64,000 nt of DNA, from assembly GCA_028826165.1 (NCBI GenBank), contig JAPDFW010000069.1, forward strand, positions 186,001-250,000, written 5' to 3'. The notes beneath the pieces are model-generated. The model saw only the letters and a program-made list of their open reading frames with translations. It had not been told where the DNA came from and did not search any database. Made by a program: the position numbers and the translations under genes. Below are positions 46,437-60,371 of this stretch, piece after piece. Source of the DNA: Anaeramoeba ignava BMAN (taxonomy: Eukaryota; Protista; Anaeramoebae). Position 1 is the first letter of the stretch. Each line of letters opens with the position of its first letter.

Positions 46437-49400
46437 ATGAATATTTGGGAAATAATTGAAAAAAATAAAATTGAATTATTAAAAGAAATTGAAAATATTC
46501 CAGAAAAAGAAATTAAAAAAGAAAACAAAAGTTTATTAAATTTTGCAATAGAAAAACAAGTTTCAAAAGAAATTATTAAAGAATTAACTTTTAAAAGGAA
46601 TAAATCCAAATTTAAATGATGAAAATGGAAGAAATTCATTACTCATTTCAATTATGAATAAATCTAAAATTGAAATAATTGAAATTTTACTTCAAAACAA
46701 AGTTTCAATTAATTCTAAAGATAAACATAACAAAACAGCATTACATTATTCAATAATTTATTTACAAAATTCAAATTTACTTGAAACTATTAAATATCTT
46801 ATTTCCAAAGGAATTGATATTAATTCAAAAACACGATTAGGAGAAACTGCATTACATTTTGCATGCCAATATCAAAAAGAAAATGTAGAATTACTTGAAA
46901 TCATCAAATATCTTATTGAAAAAGGAGCATATATTCATGCAAAAACATATGGAAAATTATCACTTTTGCATTTTTCTTGCAAATTTAATTTACAGATTGA
47001 AGTTATAAAATATTTTGTTGAAAAAGGAGTTGAAATTAATGCTGAAACAAATGAGAAAAAAACACCATTACATTATTCTTGTGAAAATAATTCAATTCAA
47101 AATGTTAAATATTTAATTTCAAAAGGAGCTGATGTTAATGTGACAAATGATAAAAATGAATCATTATTACATTTCGCATGTCAAACCAATTCATATGAAA
47201 TTATTCAATTATTTATTCAGAATGGAGCTAATGTTCATGTAAAAACAAACAAAGATGAAACACCTTTACATTTTGCTTGCGAAAAAAAATGTTCATTTCA
47301 AATTATCAAATTACTTATTGAAAATGGGACTTATATTAATTCAAAAACAAATGAATATAAAACACCTTTTTATTTTGTTTGTCGATATCACCAAAAAGAT
47401 TCAATTGAAATTATTAATTATTTCATTTCAAAAGGAATACGCATAAAAGAAAGTATTCGTAGAAATAATACTCCTATATATTATGCTTGCAAATTTAATT
47501 TCCCGATTGAAATTATCAAATTATTACTTGAAAAAGGTGCTGATATACATAGTACAACACATCGAAGGCAAACACTTTTACATACAGCTTTACAATATAA
47601 TTCGTCGATAGAACTTATAAAATATTTCCTTGAAAAGGGTGTTAATGTAAATGCAAAAACATACGAAAAAAAAACACCTTTACATTATGCTTGTCAATAT
47701 CAAAATGAAAATTCACTTGAGGTTATTAAATTGTTTGTTGGAAAAAAAGCTGATCTTAATTCAAAAGATGATAAATTCGAAACAGCTTTACATTTTTCTT
47801 GTCGATCGAATTCATTTGAAATTATTAAATATCTTGTTGAAAATGGAGTTGATATTAATGCTAAAACAAATACAGATGCAACACCTTTGCATTATGTTTG
47901 CCAAAATGAAAATTCATCATTTGAAGTTATCAAATTATTAATTGAAAAAGGAGCTGATATTAATGCAAAAACAAATGATAAATTTGAAACACCTTTACAT
48001 ATTTTTTTGAAACAAAAACAAGAAAATTCACTTGAAATTGTTAAATATTTTGTTGAAAAAGGAGTTAATATTAATGCAAAAATAGATAATACCAATATAA
48101 CAATCTTACATAATGCTTGTCAATCAAGTACGCTTGAAGTTATCAAATATCTTGTTGAAAAAGGAGCTAATATTAATGCAAAAACAGATAGAAACGAAAC
48201 AGTTTTATACTTTGCTTGTGAAGAAAATTCACTTGAAGTTATCAAATATCTTGTTGAAAAAGGAGTTGATATTCATGAAAAAAATACATGGTTTTACAAA
48301 ACAATTCTTCATCATGCTTGTGCAAATGATCAATCACTTGAAGTTGTTAAATATCTTGTTGAAAAAGGAGTTGATATTAATGCAAAAACATTCCAAAACG
48401 AAACAGCTTTATATATACTTTGTTTTAAACAATCATCATTTGAAATTATCAAATATCTTGTTGAAAAAGGAGCTAATATTGATCTAAAAGATGCTTTTAA
48501 TAAGTCACCTCTTTCATTTTCAATTCAAAATCAAAATCAAAATTTAATTCAATTTTTATTGATGAATGATGCAAATGCATTTGATTTAAATGGTGATCAA
48601 ATTTCGAATCAATTTATTGAAATATTTCCTAAAGTTTATTCATTTAATGAAGATTTAAACAAATTTTTTAAATCAAATGATAATTTTTCTGATATTCAAA
48701 TTCAATCAAATGATTCTTTTAAATTTAATATTCACAAATTAATTTTATTATTAAGATTTGATAATGATAATTCAATTTTAGAAAAATTTATCAATATTTG
48801 TTATCAAAAACCAAAAGAAGATGTTGAATTAGTTTTAAATTTTCTTTATACTGGATTTCCTAATTTTGATCAATTTAATCAATATTTTATTAATTTAATC
48901 AATTTCAAAAAAGAATTCGAAGAAAGCAAAAGAGATCCTTATAACTATTATAGTAGAAATACTTCAAAAACTTATGAAATTGAAAAATTAAGAAAGGATA
49001 AAAGATCAAAAGAAATTGAAAATGAAAAAAATCAAAATGAAAAAATAAGAAAATTATTTGAAGAAATTGGAATTGATTCAAAATGGATTGAAAGAAAAAA
49101 AGGAAGAAAAGGAATAATAAAAGATTTTGAAAAATTATATCAAGAAAATGAAACAAAAGATTTTACAATAATTATTTCACAAAATGAAAATCAAAATCAA
49201 AATCAAAATCAAAATCAAAATCAAAATGAAAATCAAAATCAAAATGAAAATGAAAATCAAAATGAAAATCAAAATCAAAATCAAAATCAAAATCAAAATC
49301 AAAATGAAAATCAAAATGAAAAAGAAATCAAAGTTCATAAATTAATATTAATAATAAGAAGTGAATTATTTAAAGGAATGTTTGAATTAAATGTTTCAGA

Positions 49401-49596
49401 TACATCAAATCAAGTTCATGATTATTCAAGAAAAAGATATGAAACAATTCAAGATTTTATTTATTTTCTTTATCATGATAAATTTCAAGAAGAACAAATA
49501 ATTAAAAAACAAATAAATTTAGAAGAATATGAAGATTTAAAAGATTATTATCAATTAAATTCAAATTCAATAATTGATTTAATTTTAAACAATTAA
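46437..49596 (+). CDS. Ankyrin-repeat plus double-BTB protein, copy 1 (extra base near 46588)
   Basis: About 20 TPLHxAC..IIKYL.EKGADIN repeats; BTB-like FSDIQI..IHKLIL..FLYTG and DFTII..VHKLILIIRSELFKGMF..FLYHD. The short ORF 46437-46619 matches the N-termini of copies 2 and 3. Confidence 0.85.
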
Positions 49597-49778
49597 TTTC
49601 TCTAATAATCAATTTTCAAATCAAATTCTAATTAAAAAGATTATTAAGATTATTATTAATAATTAAAATAAAATTCCATAATTGATTTAAATTTATAAAA
49701 AATTTTTTTTTCATTTTTTTGATTTTCATTTTTTTTCATTTTTTAAAATTAAATTTAAATTAAATTAAAAGAAAAGAA

Positions 49779-52700
49779 ATGAATATTTGGGAAATAGTTG
49801 AAAAAAATAAAATTGAATTATTAAAAGAAATTGAAAATATTCCAGAAAAAGAAATTAAAAAAGAAAACAAAAATTTATTAAATTTTGCAATAGAAAAACA
49901 AGTTTCAAAAGAAATTATTAAAGAATTAATTTTAAAAGGAATAAATCCAAATTTAAATGATGAAAATGGAAGAAATTCATTACTTATTTCAATTATGAAT
50001 AAATCTAAAATTGAAATAATTGAAATTTTACTTCAAAACAAAGTTTCAATTAATTCTAAAGATAAACATAACAAAACAGCATTACATTATTCAATAATTT
50101 ATTTACAAAATTCAAATTTACTTGAAACTATTAAATATCTTATTTCCAAAGGAATTGATATTAATTCAGAAACAGATGAAAACAAAACAGCATTACATTT
50201 CGTATTTGAATATCAAAAAGAAAATGTAGAATTACTTGAAATTATCAAATATCTTATCTCCAAAGGAATTGATATTAATCATAAAACAAAATACAATAAA
50301 ACACCATTACATTTTGCTTTTCAAAATCAAAATTCCAAAACAAATGAAATTATTAAATATCTTGTTTCAAATGGAGCTGAAATTAATTCCAAAACTAAAT
50401 ATGGACAAACACCTTTTCATTTAGCATGTAGATATCAAGAAGCAAATATAAATGAAATTATTGAATATCTTGTTTCAAAAGGATGTAATATCAATTCAAA
50501 AACAAATGATAATAAAACTGCATTACATTTTGCATGTCAAAATCAAAATCCCAAAATAAATGAAATTATTAAATATCTTATTTCAAAAGGAATTGATATT
50601 AATTCATTAACTTCAAAAGATGAAACAGCACTTCATATACTTTGCCAATATCAAAATCAAAATCAAAATCAAAATTCAAATTTATTTGAAATTATTAAAT
50701 ATCTTGTTGAAAAAGGAATTGATATTAATTCATTAACTTTAAAAGATGAAACAATACTTCATATACTTTGCCAATATCAAAATCAAAATCCAAATTTACT
50801 TGAAATTATTAAATACCTTGTTTCAAATGGAATTTATATTAATTCACAAAATTTGAAAAATGAAACATCACTTCATATACTTTGTCAATATCAAAATCAA
50901 ACTCAAAATTCAAATTTACTTGAAATTATTAAATATCTTATTTCCAAAAGAATTGATATTAATTCAACAAATTCACAAAATGAAACAATACTTCATATAC
51001 TTTGCCAATATCAAACTCAAAATTCAAATTTATTTGAAATTATCAAATATCTTATTTCCAAAGGAATTGATATTAATTCAAGAAATTCAAATAATAAAAC
51101 AGCACTTCATATACTTTGCCAATATCAAATTCAAAATCCAAATTTACTTGAAATTACCAAATATCTTGTTTCAAAAGGAATTGATATTAATTCATTAACT
51201 TCAAATAATGAAACAATACTTCATATACTTTGCCAATATCAAATTCAAAATTCAAATTTACTTGAAATTATCAAATATTTCATTTCAAAAGGAGCTGATA
51301 TTAATTCAAAAAATTCACAAAATGAAACAGCTTTACATTTTGCTTGCAAATATAATCCATGGTTTGATCTTATAAAATTACTTATTGAAAACGGAGGAAA
51401 GATTAACAATCAAACAAAACAACAACAACGAACACCTTTCCATTTAATATGTAATTATAAAAAAGAAATACCAATTGAAATTATCAAATATTTAATTGAA
51501 AAAGGTGCTTCTAAAAACTTACGAGATAAAAGAAAAGAAACAGGATTACATTTTATTTGCCGAAATAAACAAAAGAATACATTTGAAATTATCAAATATT
51601 TAATTGAAAACAATAATCATATGAATTATAAAAACAAAAGAAACCAAACACCATTACATCTAATTTGCCAATATCAACAAGAAAATTCACTTGAAATGAT
51701 AAAATATTTTGTTTCTAAAGGATATGATATTACAGATAAAGATTTCCGATATGGAAAAACATTATTAATGGTAGTTTGTGAATACCAAAATCATAAAAAA
51801 TCACATGAAGTTATCAAATATCTTATTAAAAATGGAGCTAATATCAATTTATTAAATGATAATAATCAAACAATATTACATATAGCTTGCCAATATCAAA
51901 ATGAAAATCTATTCGAAATTATCAAATCACTTATTGAAAAAGGAATTGATATTAATTCAAAAACAAAAGATAAAAAAACAGCATTACATTTAATTTGCAA
52001 ATATCAAAAAAAGAATCAAATTGAAATTATCAAATTACTTATTGAAAATGGAATTGATATTAATTCAAAAACAAGTGATAAATTTGAAACACCATTACAT
52101 TATATTTGCAAATATCAAAAAGAGAATATTCTTGAATTTATCCGAGTGTTAATTCAAAACGGAGCTGATATTAATTCTAAAAATAATTTAAAGGAAACAC
52201 CACTACATTTAGTTTGCAAATATCAAAAAGAGAACCTACTTGAATTTGCCCGAGTGTTAATCCAAAACGGAGCTGATATTAATTCTAAAACTAATAGAAA
52301 TGAAACACCACTACATTATGCTTGTGAATATCAAAAAGTAAATATACTTGAAATTATCAAATATTTTGTTGAAAACGGAGCTGATATTCATGCCAAAAAT
52401 ACACAAGGTAGAATACCATTATATATTATGTTCTATGACCAAAAAGCGGATTTATTTGAAATTATCAAATATTTTGTTGAAAAAGGAGCTAATGTTAATT
52501 CAAAAACAAATGATAATCAAACAATATTAAATTTGATTCATTATCGTAAAAAAGAAAATTTACTTGAACTTATCAAATATCTTGTTGAAAAAGGAGCTGA
52601 TGTTTATTCAAAAACTAAATTTAATTCAACACCTTTACACAATGTTTGTGAACAAAATTCATTTGAAATTATCAAATATTTTGTTGAAAAAGGAGTTGAT

Positions 52701-54261
52701 ATTAATGCAAAAACTGATTATGGTACAACTCCCTTACATAATGCTTGTCAATCAAGTTCGTTTGAAGTTATTAAATATCTTGTTGAAAAAGGAGCTGATA
52801 TTTTTACTAAAAATAGTTATGGTACAACTCCTTTACATTTTGCTTGCGAATATAAAAAAGAAAATTCACTTGAAATTGTTAAATATCTTGTTGAAAAAGG
52901 TGCTGATATTAATGCAAAAAATAGATTTAATTCAACACCTTTACACAATGCTTGTAGAAAAAATTCACTTGAAATTGTTAAATATCTTGTTGAAAAAGGA
53001 GCTGATATTTATACAAAAACATCCCAAAACGAAACAGTTTTATATTATGCTTGTGAACAAAAATCATTTGAAATTATCAAATATCTTGTTGAAAACAATG
53101 CTGATATTAATGAAAAAAATAAATATAATAAGTCACCTCTTTCAATTTCAATTCAAAATCAAAATCAAAAATTTAACTCAATTTTTATTGATGAATGATG
53201 CAAATATATTTGATTTAGATGGTGATCAAATTTCAAATCAAGTTATTGAAATATTTCCTAAAGTTTATTCATTTAATGAAGATTTAAACAAATTTTTTAA
53301 ATCAAATGATAATTTTTCTGATATTCAAATTCAATCAAATGATTCTTTTAAATTTAATATTCACAAATTAATTTTATTATTAAGATTTGATAATGATAAT
53401 TCAATTTTAGAAAAATTTATCAATATTTGTTATCAAAAACCAAAAGAAGATGTTGAATTAGTTTTAAATTTTCTTTATACTGGATTTCCTAATTTTGATC
53501 AATTTAATCAATATTTTATTAATTTAATCAATTTCAAAAAAGAATTTGAAGAATCAAAAAATTCTCAAAATAATTATTATCGTTATTATATCTATTATAG
53601 TAGAAATACTTCAAAAACTTATGAAATTGAAAAATTAAGGAAATTTGAAAGATCAAAAGAAATTGAAAATGAAAAAAATCAAAATGAAAAAATAAGAAAA
53701 TTATTTGAAGAAATTGGAATTGATTCAAAATGGATTGAAAGAAAAAAAGGAAGAAAAGGAATAATAAAAGATTTTGAAAAATTATATCAAGAAAATGAAA
53801 CAAAAGATTTTGAATAATTATTTCAAAATCAAAAATCAAAATCAAAACAAAAAAAGATTTGAAAATCAAAATGAATTTCAAAATCAAAATGAAAATCAAA
53901 ATCAAAATGAAAATCAAAAATCAAAATCAAAATCAAAATCAAAAATCAAAATCAAAATCAAAATCAAAATGAAAATCAAAATGAAAAAGAAATCAAAGTT
54001 CATAAATTAATATTAATAATAAGAAGTGAATTATTTAAAGGAATGTTTGAATTAAATGTTTCAGATACATCAAATAAAGTTCATGATTATTCAAGAAAAA
54101 GATATGAAACAATTCAAAATTTTATTTATTTTCTTTATCATGATAAATTTCAAGAAGAAAAAATAATTAAAAAACAAATAAATTTAGAAGAATATGAAGA
54201 TTTAAAAGATTATTATCAATTAAATTCAAATTCAATAATTGATTTAATTTTAAACAATTAA
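49779..54261 (+). CDS. Ankyrin-repeat plus double-BTB protein, copy 2 (frameshifts near 53170 and 53810-53990)
   Basis: About 30 ankyrin repeats; the C-terminus is near-identical to copy 1 but split across frames. Confidence 0.8.
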
Positions 54262-54439
54262 TTTCTCTAATAATCAATCTCCAAATCAATAATTGATTTA
54301 AATTCTAATTAAAAAGATTATTAAGATTATTATTAATAATTAAAATAAAATTCCATAATTGATTTAAATTTATAAAAAATTTTTTTTCATTTTTTTAAAA
54401 TTAAATTAAATTAAAAGAAAAGAAAATAAAAGAAAAGAA

Positions 54440-57400
54440 ATGAATATTTGGGAAATAATTGAAAAAAATAAAATTGAATTATTAAAAGAAATTGAAAATA
54501 TTCCAGAAAAAGAAATTAAAAAAGAAAATAAAAATTTATTAAATTTTGCAATAGAAAAACAAGTTTCAAAAGAAATTATTAAAGAATTAATTTTAAAAGG
54601 AATAAATCCAAATTTAAATGATGAAAATGGAAGAAATTCATTACTTATTTCAATTATGAATAAATCTAAAATTGAAATAATTGAAATTTTACTTCAAAAC
54701 AAAGTTTCAATTAATTCTAAAGATAAACATAACAAAACAGCATTACATTATTCAATAATTTATTTACAAAATTCAAATTTACTTGAAACTATCAAATATC
54801 TTATTTCCAAAGGAATTGATATTAATTCAGAAACAGATGAAAACAAAACAGCATTACATTTCGTATTTGAATATCAAAAAGAAAATGTAGAATTACTTGA
54901 AATTATCAAATATCTTATCTCCAAAGGAATTGATATTAATCATAAAACAAAATACAATAAAACATCATTACATTTTGCTTTTCAAAATCAAAATTCCAAA
55001 ACAAATGAAATTATTAAATATCTTATTTCAAATGGAGCTGAAATTAATTCCAAAACCATTTATGGAAAAACACCTTTTCATTTAGCATGCACATACAAAG
55101 ATGAAAATATAAATGAAATTATTGAATATCTTGTTTCAAAAGGATGTAATATCAATTCAAAAACTAATGATAATAAAACTGCATTACATTTTGCATGTCA
55201 AAATCAAAATCCCAAAATAAATGAAATTATCAAATATCTTATTTCAAAAGGAATTGATATTAATTCATTAACTTCAAAAGATGAAACAGCACTTCATATA
55301 CTTTGCCAATATCAAACTCAAAATCCAAATTTATTTGAAATTATCAAATATCTTGTTGAAAAAGGAATTGATATTAATTCAAGAAATTCACAAAATGAAA
55401 CAATACTTCATATACTTTGCCAATATCAAACTCAAAATTCAAATTTATTTGAAATTATTAAATATCTTATTGAAAAAAGAATTAATATTAATTCAAGAAA
55501 TTCACAAAATGAAACAATACTTCATATACTTTGTCAATATCAAACTCAAAATTCAAATTTACTTGAAATTATTAAATATCTTATTGAAAAAAGAATTAAT
55601 ATTAATTCAACAAATTCAAATGATGAAACAATACTTCATATACTTTGCCAATATCAAAATCAAAATTCAAATTTACTTGAAATTATCAAATATCTTATTT
55701 CTAAAGGAATTGATATTAATTCAACAAATTCAAATAATAAAACAGCACTTAATATTGCTTACAAATATCAAAATCCAAATTTATTTGAAATTATCAAATA
55801 TTTTTATGAAAATGAAATTGATATTAATTTAGCAAATTCATATAAAAAGGAATTGATATTAATCCAAATTTATTTGAAATTATCAAATATCTTGTTTCAA
55901 AAGATGAAACAATACTTCATATACTTTGCCAATATCAAACTCAAAATCCAAATTTACTTGAAATTATCAAATATCTTATTGAAAAAAGAATTAATATTAA
56001 TTCATTAACTTCAAATAATGAAACAATACTTCATATACTTTGCCAATATCAAAATCAAAATTCAAATTTACTTGAAATTATCAAATATTTCATTTCAAAA
56101 GGAATTAATATTAATTCAAGAAATTCACAAAATGAAACAGCTTTACATTTTGCTTGCAAATATAATCCATGGTTTGATCTTATAAAATTACTTATTGAAA
56201 ACGGAGGAAAGATTAACAATCAAACAAAACAACAACATCGAACACCTTTCCATTTAATATGTAATTATAAAAAAGAAATACCAATTGAAATTATCAAATA
56301 TTTAGTTGAAAAAGGTGCTGATATTAATTTGCAAGATAAAAAAAATGAAACAGGATTACATTTTATTTGTCGAAATAAACAAAAGAATACATTTGAAATT
56401 ATCAAATATTTAATTGAAAACAATAATCATATGAATTATAAAAACAAAAGAAACCAAACACCATTACATTTAATTTGCCAATATCAACAAGAAAATTCAC
56501 TTGAAATGATAAAATATTTTGTTTCTAAAGGATATGATATTACAGATAAAGATTTCCGATATGGAAAAACATTATTAATGGTAGTTTGTGAATACCAAAA
56601 TCATAAAAAATCACATGAAGTTATCAAATATCTTATTAAAAATGGAGCTAATATCAATTTATTAAATGATAATAATCAAACAATATTACATATAGCTTGC
56701 CAATATCAAAATGAAAATTTATTCGAAATTATCAAATCACTTATTGAAAACGGAATTGATATTAATTCAAAAACAAAAGATAAAAAAACAGCATTACATT
56801 TAATTTGCAAATATCAAAAAAAGAATCAAATTGAAACTATCAAATTACTTATTGAAAATGGAATTGATATTAATTCAAAAACAAGTGATAAATTTGAAAC
56901 ACCATTACATTATATTTGCAAATATCAAAAAGAGAATATTCTTGAATTTATCCGAGTGTTAATTCAAAACGGAGCTGATATTAATTCTAAAAATGATGCA
57001 AATGAAACACCACTACATTATTTTTGCAAATATCAAAAAATGAACCTACTTGAAATTATCAAATATTTTGTTGAAAACGGAGCTGATATTCATGCCAAAA
57101 GTACACAAGGTCTAATACCATTATATATTATGTTCTATAATCAAAAAGCGGATTTATTTGAAATTATCAAATATTTTGTTGAAAAAGGAGTTAATGTTAA
57201 TGAAAAAACAAATGATAATGAAACACTATTCCACTTGATTTATTATATTAAAATTGATAACCAAATTGAAATTATCAAATATCTTATTGAAAAAGGGGGT
57301 GATATTAATGCAAAATCCAATACCGATGTAACACCTTTACATTATGCTTGTCAATCAAGTTCGTTTGAAGTTATTAAATATTTTGTTGAAAAAGGAGCTG

Positions 57401-59065
57401 ATGTTTATTCAAAAACTAAATTTAATTCAACACCTTTACATTATTTTTGCCAAAATCAAAAACAAGAAAACAAATTTGAAGTTATTAAATATTTTGTTGA
57501 AAAAGGAATTGATATTCATTCACAAAATGATAGAAATGAAACGATTTTACATTATGTTTGTCAATCAAATTCACTTGAAATTATCAAATATATTGTTGAA
57601 AAAGGAGTTGATATTAATGCAAAAACTAATTATGGCACAACTCCTTTAAAATGTTGAAAAAGGAGTTGATATTTATACTAAAAATAGTTATGGCACAAAT
57701 CCTTTACATTTTGTTTGCCAAAACCAAAAAGAAATTTCTTTCGAAATTATCAAATATCTTGTTGGAAAAGGTGCTGATATTAATGAAAAAGATAATTTTG
57801 GTATGACTCCTTTACATTTTGTTTGCCAATATCAAAAAGAAAATTCACTTGAAATTGTTAAATATCTTGTTGAAAAAGGAGTTGATATTAATGCAAAAAC
57901 AAAATATAACTCAACACCTTTACATTATGCTTGTGAACAAAAATCATTTGAAGTTATCAAATATCTTGTTGAAAACAATGCTGATATTAATGAAAAAAAT
58001 AAATATAATAAGTCACCTCTTTCAATTTCAATTCAAAATCAAAATAAAAATTTAACTCAATTTTTATTGATGAATGATGCAAATATATTTGATTTAGATG
58101 TTGATCAAATTTCAAATCAAGTTATTGAAATATTTCCTAAAGTTTATTCATTTAATGAAGATTTAAACAAATTTTTTAAATCAAATGATAATTTTTCTGA
58201 TATTCAAATTCAATCAAATGATTCTTTTAAATTTAATATTCACAAATTAATTTTATTATTAAGATTTGATAATGATAATTCAATTTTAGAAAAATTTATC
58301 AATATTTGTTATCAAAAACCAAAAGAAGATGTTGAATTAGTTTTAAATTTTCTTTATACTGGATTTCCTAATTTTGATCAATTTAATCAATATTTTATTA
58401 ATTTAATCAATTTCAAAAAAGAGTTTGAAGAAAGCAAAAAAAATCTTTATAACTATTATAGCTATTACAATAGAAATACTTCAACAATTTATGAAATTAA
58501 AGATCTAAGAAAGGATAAAAGATCAAAAGAAATTGAAAATGAAAAAAATCAAAATGAAAAAATAAGAAAATTATTTGAAGAAATTGGAATTGATTCAAAA
58601 TGGATTGAAAGAAAAAAAGGAAGAAAAGGAATAATAAAAGATTTTGAAAAATTATATCAAGAAAATGAAACAAAAGATTTTACAATAATTATTTCACAAA
58701 ATCAAAATCAAAATGAAAATGAAAATCAAAATCAAAATCAAAATCAAAATCAAAATCAAAATCAAAATCAATTTGAAAATCAAAATGAAAAAGAAATCAA
58801 AGTTCATAAATTAATATTAATAATAAGAAGTGAATTATTTAAAGGAATGTTTGAATTAAATGTTTCAGATACATCAAATCAAGTTCATGATTATTCAAGA
58901 AAAAGATATGAAACAATTCAAGATTTTATTTATTTTCTTTATCATGATAAATTTCAAGAAGAACAAATAATTAAAAAACAAATAAATTTAGAAGAATATG
59001 AAGATTTAAAAGATTATTATCAATTAAATTCAAATTCAATAATTGATTTAATTTTAAACAATTAA
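54440..59065 (+). CDS. Ankyrin-repeat plus double-BTB protein, copy 3 (lesions near 55800-55900 and 57650); possible pseudogene
   Basis: More than 30 ankyrin repeats in three frames; partial-repeat deletion at about 57648; intact BTB end. Confidence 0.75.
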
Positions 59066-59079
59066 TTTCTCTAATAATC

Positions 59080-59432
59080 AATTTCCAAATCAATTTTCAA
59101 ATCAATTTCCAAATCAATTTTTAAATCAATTTTTAAATCAATTTCCAAATCAATTTTAAATCAATTTTTAAATCAATTTTTAAATCAATTTTTAAATCAA
59201 TTTCCAAATCAATTTTTAAATCAATTTCTTTTTAAATCAATTTTTAAATCAATTTCCAAATCAATTTTTAAATCAATTTCCAAATCAATTTCCAAATCAA
59301 TTTCTAAATCAATTTTTAAATCAATTTCTTTTTAAATCAATTTCTCTAATAATCAATTTCCAAATCAATTTTTAAATCAATTTCCAAATTAATTTCCAAA
59401 TCAATTTCCAAATCAATTTCCAAATCAATTTT
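59080..59432. repeat. Microsatellite (AAATCAATTTCC / AAATCAATTTTT)n
   Basis: 12-13 bp units expanded from a motif present in one or two copies after Ank-BTB copies 1 and 2. Confidence 0.9.
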
Positions 59433-59495
59433 TCATTTTTTATTTTTAATTTCTTTTTAATTTCTTTTTCATTTTTTATTTTTAATTTTTAATTT

Positions 59496-59540
59496 TTCAT
59501 TTTTCATTTTTCATTTTTCATTTTTCATTTTTCATTTTTA
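59496..59540 (+). promoter_or_regulatory. Iterated TCATTTT initiator-like elements upstream of SNIP1
   Basis: Six TCATTTT copies just before the ATG at 59545; the same motif precedes most genes in the window in sense orientation. Confidence 0.55.
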
Positions 59541-59544
59541 ATAA

Positions 59545-60279
59545 ATGACAAATCGAGTTGGAAAAGATATTTTTTCAGGATTTTATTCAAGAAAAAATAG
59601 AAGAAAACTTGCAGAAGATGATAATACATTTGAATGGGGAAAACCTGAACATAAAACAAAAAAAGAAGAAGAAAATGAAAAGAAAAAAAAACGAACTAAA
59701 TTAATACCAAATTTTGAATTAAGTGGGAAATTATATAGAGATAATCCAAAAAGAAAGCATGAAAATCAAAAATATTTTGAATCAAATGATGCTTCAATTC
59801 CAGATTCATTGTGGAAATTAATGGTTTTCAAAAATAATGAAATTATTAATACAATTGATTTGAATCAAAAAACTTATTATGTTTTTGGAAATGATCGTGA
59901 AATTGTTGATATTGTTCTTGAAAATCCTTCAATTTCAAAACAACATGCAGTGATTCAATTTCGAAAAATATTAATTGAAGATTCAATTGAAAAAAATGAT
60001 TCAAATTTAAATTCAAATTCAAATTCAAATTCAAATTTAAATTATGGAATTGGAGGTGAAACTTATTCAAATTTGATTCAACTTTCAAAACTTGAAACAA
60101 TTTCTTCAAAATTTGTTATTAAACCTTATTTAATGGATTTGGAAAGTAGAAATGGTACTTTTTTAAATAATCAAAAAATTAAATCAGCAAGATTTTTTGA
60201 ACTTCTTAATAAAGATTTTATTAAATTTGGTTCAAGTACTAGAGAATATTGTCTTATAAATACTGATGAAATTAATTAG
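59545..60279 (+). CDS. SNIP1: SNIP1/Pml1 FHA-domain splicing factor (RES complex)
   Basis: PNFELSGKL, WKLMVFK, NPSISKQHAVIQFR, KPYLMDLESRNGTFLN, DFIKFGSSTREY. Confidence 0.9.
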   Translation: MTNRVGKDIFSGFYSRKNRRKLAEDDNTFEWGKPEHKTKKEEENEKKKKRTKLIPNFELSGKLYRDNPKRKHENQKYFESNDASIPDSLWKLMVFKNNEIINTIDLNQKTYYVFGNDREIVDIVLENPSISKQHAVIQFRKILIEDSIEKNDSNLNSNSNSNSNLNYGIGGETYSNLIQLSKLETISSKFVIKPYLMDLESRNGTFLNNQKIKSARFFELLNKDFIKFGSSTREYCLINTDEIN

Positions 60280-60371
60280 AAACAAAAAATCAAAAAAAAA
60301 ATATAAGAAATTAAAAAATAATTTGTTTGTTTCTTAGTTTGTTTTTTGTTTTTGGAAATGAATCTAATTTT

